From contig CT868574.1 in the NCBI GenBank assembly GCA_000165425.1, forward strand, positions 310,001 to 374,000: a stretch of DNA of 64,000 nt. Reading direction: 5' to 3'. Below are positions 24,897 to 36,916 of this stretch, one piece after another. Both the position numbers and the translations under genes were made by a program. The stretch's first letter is position 1, and each line of letters begins with the position of its first letter. The notes beneath the pieces were generated by a model, which saw only the letters and a list, made by a program, of their open reading frames with translations, did no database searches and had not been told where the DNA came from. The stretch is from Paramecium tetraurelia (Eukaryota).

Positions 24897-27890
24897 ATGA
24901 AATAAAAAATATTTGAAATACTTTTATCAGAACTCTTGTTGCTTGCAGTTGTAACTGGTTTGGTAAATTGCTTCTTATATTTAAGAGATTAAATAGTAAT
25001 CAAACAATACTAGTACTAACCTGTTTGAATGTATTCTTAACCATAGTTATTGGGTTTGTAAGAATCTACAATCTCTTTTTGAACAGAGAATTAACTAGAT
25101 GCTTTACTTTATTACTCTGTTTACGTTTGACCCTAATCGTTATTCAAGATTCTGTCTCTAACAAACAGTTGTTCTTGGTTCTCATTAACCATTTGGAAAT
25201 GCAATATGAAATTAAGGTTGCTCTTCTTGTGAATTATGGGCTATCAAGTATTTTGAATGATGTTTAGAATTTAATCCAAACTCCACAGAATGTGATCTAC
25301 TATGTATACTGGTTCCTTGTGTTGTTGCAATTGAAAATTAAGTTTTTCAATGTCAAGGAACCAAAACCTTAAACTATCTCTAAATCCTTGAAGCAAATAC
25401 CAGATGCCCCTCCCACTTTTTAAGCCAAGTCTCAAGAGATGATTAAGCAATTGGATGAACAATCCAAAGTATTGTCCTCATCGGAAATCAAGCCCTTATA
25501 ATTGAACAGTAATAATCTCAATGAGGATGACATTATCATGACAAATATGTACTAATGAGTACAAAAAAAATAAAAGGTCGTGGCTCTCAAATCAATCAGT
25601 GTTGATCTACAACGGCGACTTAAGTATCATCTATCAAACGTTTTATTTGGGCAAGTTGTAAAAGAACGTCGGAGATAAACTAGACTGTGAATTGCTGTTT
25701 TTAGATTCCATTATTATTATTGGATGCAAGGAAATTAATGAATTGCTAGGCCAGTCTGGATACAGTGATTCCATCTTTAGCGAGTATAAATAATCTCTTA
25801 CCTAAAATTAGTGGCTCATTTCTTTGCAACAATATTAATGAAGTCCACAAATGTAAAATCAAAGGCTAATTCACCATTAGAGAATTGATTACATGTTTGT
25901 TCAAAGACTTTGAAAAGTAACTCTATTTCATTGACTTAGATGGCGATTCTTCACTTTAACAATCTTTAAAGTGAAGAATGACTTCTTAGACTTAGATGGT
26001 ATTCAAATCAAACTCTTCATAACTAACATCGATGGACACAAATTCATACTCTTCAATCTTGAATAAGCTCCTGTCTTACCCAAAACCAATAATTCAGACT
26101 CCAACTCATTCCTATAGAACATTTACACCACCTATTCCCATGAATCCATCAATTATGTCAATTGCATAATGACCTTCATTCTACTGCTCACTCATCATAA
26201 TGATTCTCAAATGAGTGAAGGTAGCAATAAAACAACCATGGTAAAACACTCATCTAAATCCTTAGTCTTAAAGCAAAAAAGAAAAAGAAGAATATGTTGC
26301 CAACTCTTTATTGACTATGAGGTACCACACACAGAGATACACATTATTTCTTTATTCAATGAGGGATCACATCTTCTATTTCTAAAATGAATTATTTTTT
26401 AAGATGAATGCAATTAGAATTGAAGACTTGTTAGATGATTTACTCTAAACTTTTGATCCCTTATTAAAATTGAAGCAAATCAAATTAACTACAAGTATAG
26501 AATTATAAGAAGGAAATACAATCATTTTTAGTGATCAAGATAGAGTAAATATTCCTTTAATTTATAGATTAAACAAATCATCTCATGTTTATTACATTAT
26601 TGCTTATAATCATCAACCAAGAGTTCAATCAAATTTGATATTAAGAGTTACACACTCTAAGGAATTATGATCACAATTAAAGATACCAAAGCTGATTTTG
26701 ATGAAACTGCCAAACAAAAGATTATAAATTTAACAAAATTAGTTAATTAGTAATTAAAGAGTCAAAAATCTGCAAATGAATTAGACCTATCAAACCCATT
26801 AGAATTGTAAATGTGCATAATACTCTGCTGGCAATTATCTGGATCCTTTAAAAGAGGACTAGAATTTCTAATTGACAGCCAAGGGTTTTGTACATTCACT
26901 TTTGTGATTGAGTCTCAAAATACCTAAATGAGATATCAAAACTCTGACACTGGACCTATAAAAGTATTAGGCAAGAAGAAATATTTTGAAACTTCATTGT
27001 CCCTTCTTCTGTAAGACAATATTAATCAAGGAGGTGCAGGAGGAGAATCAAGACTCTTATCATTTACCTAATTGTCCAAATAGTTCTCAATAAAACCTAC
27101 AGACCCCATAGATCTACAAAGTGCCTACTTTTCACAACTCTCAAAAATAAGACAAGAGACTTCGAATTCCAGGGTATTTCCCAACAGTGGCACCATACAC
27201 AAATAATCCAGAGAACAAAGTGGGAGTTTTTCTGGAACTTACAAATAAGGAATCCAATAGGATAGCATCCAATAGATTACAAAACTTTTGAATAGGAATA
27301 ACTTAAGTGTTGCAGGCAAGATAGATTCTCCAGATGAATCACAAAGAACTTTCACTGCAATTGATTTTGGTGCAGCTGAATAAACCATCAATTAAATATC
27401 TTTACCCGAATTTAACCCTAAATTACTCACTTAAGTCATTAAATATCGACTTAGGAATAATTGTTGTTCCAAAGTTTTGATACTGGATAATGACAGTTTT
27501 TAGATTATAGTTTTGGAAAAGGTACTGTAGAAATACGATATCAAATGTGATTATGGATTTACAGGTTCAGAGGGATTAGACAGCATCGAAATGAAGCGAG
27601 GTCGCCCATGTCATTGTGGAAATCGCTACTACTTACTGTACTTCATTGACATTAACCTTCCTGTAAATATTTTGTGATAGATTTAGGGATTGAGTGGTAT
27701 TGAATTTGTCTAACGTATTAAGAAAAATATGCAGCAAGGGAATTTGGATAAGGGATTTGCCATAGCTACAGCTACAGTTGCAGGCTTAAATTCTAAATTG
27801 GATTGTTTTCGAAATGGAATGGATTACTTTATATCAAAACCTTTTGATTTGATAGAGATAAGTGCGGCTGTCTAATATCTTGATTTTTGA
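24897..27890 (+). CDS. Membrane hybrid histidine kinase-like protein with a degenerate ATPase domain and C-terminal receiver
   Basis: N-terminal TM helices; H-box-like YSHESINYVNCI; DQDRIKQII; receiver KVLILDND...FIDINLPG...GMDYFISKPF. Confidence 0.8.
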
Positions 27891-27934
27891 ATAAGTTTGT
27901 ATGATAGGGTAAAATTAATATAATTAATATTAAA

Positions 27935-29175
27935 ATGAGAGGTCATCAGAAGAGTTTGCCAAATCTAAAATTTCTCCAACATTAATCGACTGCATAAATT
28001 ACACCCTCTAATAGTTCTATTCGATAAAAATTCTAAGAAAACCGAACGTATCGTAAATTCCAAAAAGAGAATTCTCTTAAAATTGACAAAAATTAGTCAG
28101 TCACTCCAGTGATGAATAATGCTGTCAAATTGTTTAGGCAGAATTATATTCAGAAAACAGAACCAAATCTAACATCTCAAAAACAGAATGGAATAGCTGA
28201 AAATCAAGAATAATCAAATTAGAAGCCTACCTCTTTCAAATTTCTTTATCGCCCAATGACAAAATAGAATTCTGAACTCATGCAAACTCTTCGAATAACA
28301 TCAAATTACCCTGAAATCAATCATGTCTATTACGTTTCCGACTTAATTAGAGCCTATGAAAGTAAAGATTGCTATTTCAATCGACTTTTCCAAGATCATC
28401 TATAAGCAAGTTTTATGGCTTTTAAATAATGCGCCACTTCTAAAATTATATTCAGACCAAAACCTGTCGTTTTGCCAAAGGATCCCAAAGGTACACTATA
28501 TAAATTTATAATAGATCAGAGAAAATATACCTTATTACTAGATTTGGATGAAACACTTGTTCATTGTTCCCTGGATGTGAGATTACCATGCGAGAAAAAA
28601 CTCAATATCAGAATATCCCCATCAGAAATCCTGTAGGTTGGACTTACAATTCGTCCTGGGTTATAAAATATGTTAGAAAATTTGTAGCCTTATTTTGAGA
28701 TAATCATTTTTACAGCTTCTCATGTCCAATATGCAAAAAAAGTGAAAATAACATATCTAAATATTAGATAGTAGAATTTATTGACCCAAAAAAAATTATA
28801 TCCAGTGTTTTGTCCAGAGAACATTGCTGTTTCACAAGTCTAGGATAATACATCAAAGATTTATCTATCATAAAAAATCGATCTCTTTCCAAAATCATTC
28901 TGGTGGATAATTCTGCTTGCAGTTATTTTTATTAAATTGATAATGGCGTTCCCATTATTCCATTCTATGACAATAAGTAAGATAAGCAATTGGCTTTGCT
29001 TACCAAGTATTTAATTGGCGTCGTAGGACAAGAAGATATAAGAGAATACAATTAGTATTATTATTTTTAGTATTTCTTTAGGAAATACTTAAAGACATAC
29101 CTCTTGGGTAAATTGGACTCTTTGGAATAAATAATTGATAATTATAAGGCCTAATTTAATTCCAAAAAAACCTGA
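27935..29175 (+). CDS. FCP1/SCP (NIF) family HAD phosphatase
   Basis: LLLDLDETLVH, IRPGL, FTASHVQYA, YIKDLS, ILVDNS. Confidence 0.9.
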
Positions 29176-29190
29176 AAAGTCTTATAATAC

Positions 29191-29333
29191 TAAATTGAAT
29201 TTAAATTTTAATTGTAACAGCTAAATGACACCGGGATGCTATAATAATCACTTTTTTTATTATAATTATCAGATTCGTGATTATTATAAGCCGAACTAAG
29301 TTTCTAAAATATCCTATTTTAAATTTATTTTAA
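29191..29333 (+). promoter_or_regulatory. PP2C upstream region, conserved in inverted form at 34080-34220
   Basis: Shared blocks TAAATTGAATTTAAA, AACAGCTAAnTGACA, ATAATAATCA and ATTCGTGATTATTATAA upstream of both ATGs. Confidence 0.6.
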
Positions 29334-30366
29334 ATGGGCCCATACCTTAGTTAACCTAATAAAAACAAAACAACCACCAGTGGTGAAGGAAAGAGCATTA
29401 TTTTTGCTGCTTCTGAAATGCAAGGTACAATTGTTAAATATTTTATAAGGCTGGAGAAATACAATGGAAGATGCTCACATTCATGTATGTGACTTGTAAC
29501 AAGATCTTTCAATCTTCGGTGTCTTTGATGGCCATGGAGGCAAAGAAGTCGCCCAGTTTGTAGAGAAACACTTCATTGAAGAACTTTAAAAGAATAAAAA
29601 TTTTAAAGATCAAAAGTTTGAAGACGCCCTTAGAGAGACTTTCTTGAAGATGGATGAGCTCTTGCTTACCCCAGAAGGTCAAAAGGAAATTATTTAAATC
29701 AAAGGTGGAGATGATGAGGGTAATTATTTATTAATAATTATTTAAACAGCTTCTTATGCAGGATGTACTGCAAATGTTGCTCTGTTCCATAAGAATGTGT
29801 TGTATGTTGCTAATGCAGGTGATTCTCGATCTGTATTATGCAGAAATAACACAAATTACGATATGAGTGTTGATCACAAACCAGACAACTATGAAGAGAA
29901 ATCAAGAATTGAAAGAGCCGGTGGATTTGTTTCTGATGGAAGAGTCAATGGTAATTATCATTTCCATATTCTTAGGTAACTTAAATCTATCCCGTGCCTT
30001 AGGAGATTTAGAGTATAAGAGAGACAGCAAATTAAGATCAAATGAACAATTGATCATTGCTCTACCAGATATCAAAAAGGTGGAATTAAATCAGACTGAC
30101 AAGTACTTATCTAATTTCTATTATAGATTCCTATTAATGGGATGTGATGGTGTATTTGAAACTCTTGATCATTAAGATTTACTCAAGTTTATTAACTAAA
30201 AACTTGGAAATCAATAAATTACTCCATAATTATTAGGAAGAGTAGCTGAAGACTTGTTAGATAATTTGATTGCACCAGATACCTCAGGTACCCTAATAAT
30301 ATTATTTTAGCCGGAACTGGATGTGACAATATGACAACCTTAATCATATATCTTAAAGGAAAATGA
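29334..30366 (+). CDS. Protein phosphatase 2C (PPM family), copy 1
   Basis: MGPYLS, MQGWRNTMEDAH, GVFDGHGG, ANAGDSR, DHKP, LSRALGD, MGCDGVFE, GCDNMT; 5 tiny introns. Confidence 0.95.
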
Positions 30367-30479
30367 ACAATATGATAATATATATTTAATATATATTAAT
30401 TCCTTTAAAATATGAATATCATTTCCTTTCACTCTGAAGAAATAATATCATTATCTCATCATCTCAAATAAAATTCCTA

Positions 30480-32704
30480 TAATCTTATTTTACTTCAAAT
30501 TATATTAAATCTTTGAAAAACTAATAGTACAGTTGAGCAGAAAGGTATGATAGATTTAATCCCAGAAATATTAAATTCATACTAAAGATTTGTCAAGAAC
30601 AAGCTTTGAGTATCAAAAACAGACATTTTTCAAATTAATTAAGAGCTATCAGTTTCAATTAGCTTTCAGGAAAATAATCTATCTGATCATACAATAATCA
30701 TTTGTTAATTAAATTTGAAAAAAAAAATTAAGAAGTGAAAGGCATATAATTTCATAATGAACAAGGAGTAGATTTACCTATTGAATTTGAATTGCTCTTT
30801 TAGTGAGAATTTCCGAGAATTTATTTAGAAAATTCAAGAGAATCAAAAATGAGATTCTAACTCTATAGAAGAAAAAGGTAAGGTCTTGAATTAATAATGC
30901 ATAGAACTTCTTAAGATCTTTAAACATCTTCTAATTAATTAATAGCAATATTAGAACTAAGTAAAATAAGATAACCCATAAACTAAAAAACAAGCTAGTT
31001 TAGTTAATCCAAATAAAAGGGATGATGAGTTCATGAATTATTACTTTGATAATTAGATAACTTAATCACATAAGAACAGGTAGTGTAAAATAATTATTAA
31101 TTACATTAAGAGATAGTTAAGTACTTTTAAATTTCCAACCTCTCCCACTTCCAGAATTATAACCTATTCCTTTTAAACAGTTTTTATATATGAAATCAAG
31201 AATCATTTAAACATAGCATTAATGAATGTTTTAATTTCAGACACTAGGATCTCCAAAATTTGATCCTTCATTATTTTGAATGATGTTTGGAAAAATAGTG
31301 GAAAAGAATTAGTTAAAACTTTCGGGGAGCTCTTGATAATCCAATTAAATAAAAATTTTGGATATCCTATTCCACCGACTAGCGAATTTCGACCAATTAT
31401 AATATTAAGACCCTTATTTAAATGGTTAGAATTGTGTTTTGAAAAATCTTTAAGTAGATACTATAAAAGCGAAATTATAAAACTAAAAGTTGGCTTAATT
31501 TCAGATATTGAAATTTAATAAAGGATATTTCAAGGTTATTATGATAATAATTTAGTAATATTCATTGATTTAAATTGGCATAAAAGACTGCTAATCTAGA
31601 TATATCGGTAGATGAAGGAGAAGACAAAACTTGCAATTAACGAACTTCATTTTCTAAAAGCATAATTAGTAACCAATACTATGAAAATAATAGAGTTAAA
31701 TATTCTTTAAGAAATAGAGTACCTTAAGAAAGTATTCTATCTCCTCATTTATTTGATATTTATACATATTTATTCACTGCAAATACAAAGAAAATAAATA
31801 TTGATGAAAAAATTCGATAACTACTATTTCTAAGCTGATGACTTAGCAATAATATGCTACGAACAACATGCACCAAAAGTAACAAAAGGATTTGAATTAT
31901 TAGCTAAATAACTGAGTTTTGATAATCAACAAGAAAAATGTGCTATTCTGAAACTAAATAAAGAAAAAAAATTTTTAGGAAAAGGTGATGAATGGAATTA
32001 CATTTGTGAGAACTTGCAGATACCCTTGGAGTTGAAATAGATAATAAAGGAAGAAGTAGGGGAACATTTTGCAAAAATAGAGAAAAGAATGAACTATTAT
32101 AAAATACAGTTCCTAGGAATACTGAAAAACTAGGATTTGGCTACAAATTCTTGTTATGGGTTAATTACATGAAACTCTATTTTTGATATATCTTAAGCAT
32201 TATAGAAAGTACAGAATAAGTTGAAACAACTCTGTGAATGAAGTTTAAAGGAATGGCTACTACTACAAAAAATCACCAGTGATATATTCCTTGAAGGATT
32301 AACAGGCAAATTGCAAGATATTGCAGCTTCCAATATGATAAGATTGATCATCTTATTGATTTAAAGTATAATCAAGAGGTAACACAAGAAGGCCAATTAT
32401 ATTATAAAACTAATAGTAAAGGAAAATATGAAAGAGAATTAAAGATATACCAGAGAATATTAGAGAGCCATTCTTATTGCCAATAAGAATTTGCAGTATA
32501 CATAAAGAGAGGATGACTTTTTCACACCAATAATAAATGCATAAAAGCAATTTAAAAAATGAGGGCCTCGTGTTAATAAAAAGTAATTATAAACTAAAGA
32601 AGAAGAAAATATTTGAAAAAAAATTAAAAATATACAAAAAGAAGCAGGAGGTTTTATAAAATTAAAAAGACATAAAGTTAGTAAATGAATATGTATGTAT
32701 GTAT

Positions 32705-32772
<68 letters not shown>

Positions 32773-32783
32773 GTTATTGTTAT
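30480..32783 (+). mobile_element. Decayed, probably 5'-truncated non-LTR retrotransposon (APE endonuclease remnant + reverse transcriptase + 3' repeat tail)
   Basis: LSDH at 30679 (APE C-terminal motif); EFRPII (~31385); VIFID; RVPQESILSPHLFDIY (~31716); YFQADDL (~31825); EKCAIL; frameshifted YLGV; multiple frameshifts and TGA stops; simple-repeat tail. Confidence 0.82.
32689..32783 (+). repeat. (TATG)4-(TAT)n simple repeat, likely the 3' tail of the retroelement
   Basis: Directly follows the end of the RT-region coding remnant; non-coding. Confidence 0.8.
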
Positions 32784-33061
32784 AATCTTTATTTAGTGAA
32801 GCTCACTAGAGAAGTTTATAAGGAATTTTAATAAGACTATATAAATAAATAAAACTTTATTAGTATTGTTTTAATAATAAGTTTGAACGAAGAACCCAAT
32901 TTTTATCTATATATCCTACGAATACAAATGAAAATAATAGTACGAGGAAAGATCTTTAAGTAAAAAATCCAATCCCATGAAAAATGAGAATAATTTAAGA
33001 AATAGCTTCTCTATTCTTCTGAAATATTTATAATTATATTTTAATTATAACAAAATTCGTT

Positions 33062-34079
33062 TCATTTAAAATAAATTATTATAATTGTCATATTGTCACA
33101 TCCAGTTCCGTTACCTATGAGATCTGAAGCAATCAAGTTATCTAACAAATCTTCAGCTACTCTTCCTAAAAATTATGGAGTAACTGCTTGATTACCAAGC
33201 CTTGAATTAATAAAATTGAGTAAATCTTAATGAATAAGTGTCTCAAAGATACCATCACATCCCATTAAAAGGAATCTATCATAGCATCATAGTTTAAAAT
33301 AATACTTATCATTTTGAGTTAAAACCTCCTTTTTTATATCAGGTAGAGCAATGATCAATTATTCATTTAATCCTAAGGCGGTATTGTCCTTATACTCTAA
33401 ATCTCCTAAGGCACGGGATAGATTTAAGTTACCTAAGAATATGGAAATGATAATTACCATTGACTCTTCCATCAGAAACAAATCCACCGGCTCTTTCAAT
33501 TCTTGATTTCTCTTCATAGTTGTCTGGTTTGTGATCAACACTCATATCGTAATTTGTGTTATTTCTGCATAATACAGATCGAGAATCACCTGCATTAGCA
33601 ACATACAACACATTCTTATGGAACAGAGCAACATTTGCAGTACATCCTGTGCAAATGACTAATATTAAATGATATAGGTAAAATATTACGATTTGGTTTT
33701 TCATCTATTATTTAATTTTTGTACATTTAAGTTTCTTAATTACGCAAGAGCTCATCCATTTTTAAGAATGTTTCTGTCAAAGCTTCTTCAAACTTTTGAT
33801 CTTTAAAGTTTTTATTCTTTTAAATTTCTTCAATAAAGTGTTCCTCAACGAAGTGTGCAATATCCTTGCTTCCATGTCCATCGAATACACCAAAGATAGA
33901 GACATCAGGTACAATGTCACATACATTAATATGAGCGTCTTCCATGTCTTCCCACCAACCTGTATCATAAAATAAAAAGATTTACCTTTCATTTCTGAAG
34001 ACGCATATATAAAATGTTTAGTTTCTTCCACTTTTGTATTTTTGCTTCGATCAGGGGGATTTTGAATTTTGTTGCCCAT
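33062..34079 (-). CDS. Protein phosphatase 2C, divergent inverted copy 2
   Basis: [46 protein letters not shown]; frame appears intact. Confidence 0.9.
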
Positions 34080-34429
34080 TTAAAAATTTTTAAATTAGGA
34101 TTTATGAGATCTTAATTGTGATTATAATAATCACGAATTATATAATTATAATAAAAGACTTGATTATTATAACATACTGATGTCACTTAGCTGTTAAAAT
34201 TAAATTTTAAATTCAATTTAATGACACCAATTTACAAAATTTATTTTGAATATTTGATAATTTAGCCGAAAACAAGAATTTTATAATAAAAGTATCACTG
34301 TTTGCAATAATATGATTAATTTACTAAAATTAAAGATAATATTTGTTGATTATTCAAAATGTGATCTGTAATCTGTAAATTTAGGAATTTGGTTGTCCTC
34401 TTTTTATAAAGTATAAAAATATTTCTATT

Positions 34430-35080
34430 AATGTTGAAATCAAACAGTAACCTTGTAATCGACAATCGAATGCAAATCTTTTCATCTAAAAGAAATGAAT
34501 TTTAATTTACAGGTAAATTCAGATTTGGCATTATTAAGATATTATGTTGCTAAAAGCAGTATGATAGAAAAATTTAGCAAGTTTATTGAGAAACCTAAAA
34601 GAATAAAAATATTAAAAATATTAAAATTATGAAGTGAAAAAAAAGTTAGTAATATCTATTAATAATCAGTTATTGAGTAATTTTAGAACTGCACTGCATC
34701 GCGCGTTGCTCAATAATAATATGCTTCAGGATACTAATGTTATTTGATACTAAATCTGCAGGATAAGTAGATAATGCAAAATACTATGAATATTTATCAT
34801 AATAAAAATACTTATTATTAGAAATAAAGAATTGAAAGAGCTGATCGATTTATCTGATAAAATATTAAATTTTCAGTTTAGATAATTGATTCATTTGCTG
34901 GTTAATCCTAAATAAATAATCTGGGATTTTTTTTGAGTTTTGATTTTATAAAAGAATATAAACTCACAACGATCTATTTAATTTAATGCTTATAGATCTC
35001 ATTATTATTCGGTTTATTCTCTTGTTTATTTTGGTTGTGTTGAAAATAGGAGGATTTTCCAGTTAGGGAAATTAATTTAT
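34430..35080 (+). pseudogene. Heavily decayed third PP2C copy
   Basis: 34821-34841 matches 29898-29918 at 20/21 nt (RIERA); 34597-34617 matches ~29587-29607 at 20/21 nt; collinear weaker similarity between; frames broken. Confidence 0.65.
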
Positions 35081-35169
35081 CAATACTTTAAAATCATAAT
35101 TTAGTTTCTTAATTTTTATTGTTTCGTATATTTGCAAGCCTTTGGTGGAACAAAAAGAATGGTACGAGC

Positions 35170-35537
35170 ATTCAACATTTACGCTTTACTTATGAAGAGT
35201 ATAAATCTAATAGCAGAAGATTAATAATATTTAAATCAAGGAAAAGCATATAGAATTTTTGATGAAATAGTTTTATATAGAGTGAACAAAATTTAAGATG
35301 TCATTCTTTTTTTAACTCAATTTATTGAGTTTAGACGTTATTGTAAGTGTATGTTTATGGATTCGAGATTTTGATGGCATCCTACCATACGAGTTGACAA
35401 AAAGATTGTTACTAAGCGACGTTGGGGTCATTTTTTTCTCGTTCCTTGTTGTGTTTCTTCAATTTGTCAAAGTCTATTGGAATGAAATGAAATGCCCCGC
35501 TTCTTTTAAGCTTTGATTTAGATTAGCAAATTCCCAT
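35170..35537 (-). CDS. Small hypothetical protein with MGIC N-terminus (possible myristoylation/palmitoylation)
   Basis: ATG 35537, open frame; 3' end not resolved. Confidence 0.4.
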
Positions 35538-35678
35538 TTTAGATTGTTTATATTTTAATTGTTTATTAAATTGATTTTAGATTTTGCATTTTATAATGGC
35601 AACAAGGATAATCATTACTGATAGAAATTATGCTAAAAAAATAAAATTTATAATTCTTAATTTTTCATATTATACATA

Positions 35679-36002
35679 TCATCTGGACAATATTCCTAAC
35701 AAATCTGTGTCTCTAAATATGAGAAGTTCTTATCCGCTTACTTTGACTTTTTATCCACCAAAATCAGGTAGTAAAACGGTATCTCCTACTTTAACACAAA
35801 TTTTAACAAATTCCCCTTTGTGGTCATAATAGCCTTCACCAGCCTTTCATTAAATTAATTGATATACTTCAATGACTACTCCAGCTGGGTTCTTTGTATC
35901 TCCACTATTTAGAAGAATACCACTTTAGGTTTTGGTTGGAACTTCCAGCTTCTTAATAAGAACTCTATTCATGAGAGGGACTAATCTTTTGAATTGCTAC
36001 AT
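35679..36002 (-). CDS. HSP10: Chaperonin 10 (Hsp10/GroES, mitochondrial type)
   Basis: LVPLMNRVLIKK...TKTQSGILL...VKVGDTVLLPDFGG...IFRDTDLLGIL; one intron. Confidence 0.93.
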
Positions 36003-36031
36003 CAATTAATTTTAATTAAATAAATAATATT

Positions 36032-36849
36032 ATGGATCCTAACCAATTTGTATGCTAGTTTCTCACTATATGATAGGGTATTGAAATTGCTAAGAAATTC
36101 TAACAGTTCTTTGCTCATATGAACAAGTTTTGTTAACAATTTTTGAAAGACTAGAATGTACCTGAAATCCCAACCACAACAGAGAAGAAGAAGGAACGAG
36201 ACCCAAATGCTCCAAAAAAGCCTTTGACAGCCTTCTTTCTATTTAATTAGAAGTACAGACAGAAGGTAGTTGAACGAAATCCAGGTATTTATATTTAGAG
36301 AAATATCCATAGAGATTAAGCTCACTTAAATATCTTAGATGGCTGGAAATAAATGGACATCTATGAGTGAATAGGAGAAGAAAGTATTGATTTTTACTAT
36401 TGTCCATAGCCTTATCTCGACCAATACAATGCAGCTAAGGAAAAATATGATTAAGAGTTGAAAGATTACAATGAGAAAAATGGTATTGAAACCAACGATA
36501 AGAAACGCAAGAAGTCAGAGAAAGTAAGATGAATCATAACAAACAATAGTTTGATGAAAAATCAATGAAATCCGCTGTTGATCACAATGTTGATGATTTT
36601 GAATCCGAATCTGTTCAACCTGCCGCCAAACATTAACAATAAATCAAATAATAATAATAGAAACAAAGCAATAATGATGATTAAGTTAAATAATAACCAG
36701 GAAAATAGACTAAACAATAACCATAGCAAAAATAAAATCCAGCTTAGACAAAAAAAGGTAAAAATGTAGAAATAGATGATGACATCTAAAGAGATATTGA
36801 TTAAGCAATGAGCAATCCGAAATAGCCATAAAAAAAATAGAAAAAATGA
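36032..36849 (+). CDS. HMG-box protein with Q/K-rich tail
   Basis: RDPNAPKKPLTAFFLF...AGNKWTSMSEQEKKPY. Confidence 0.9.
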
Positions 36850-36916
36850 AAACAATAAAAACAACCATTAAAATTAAAATTATTATTTATATTCTTTTTG
36901 CTATGTATGAAAGTGT

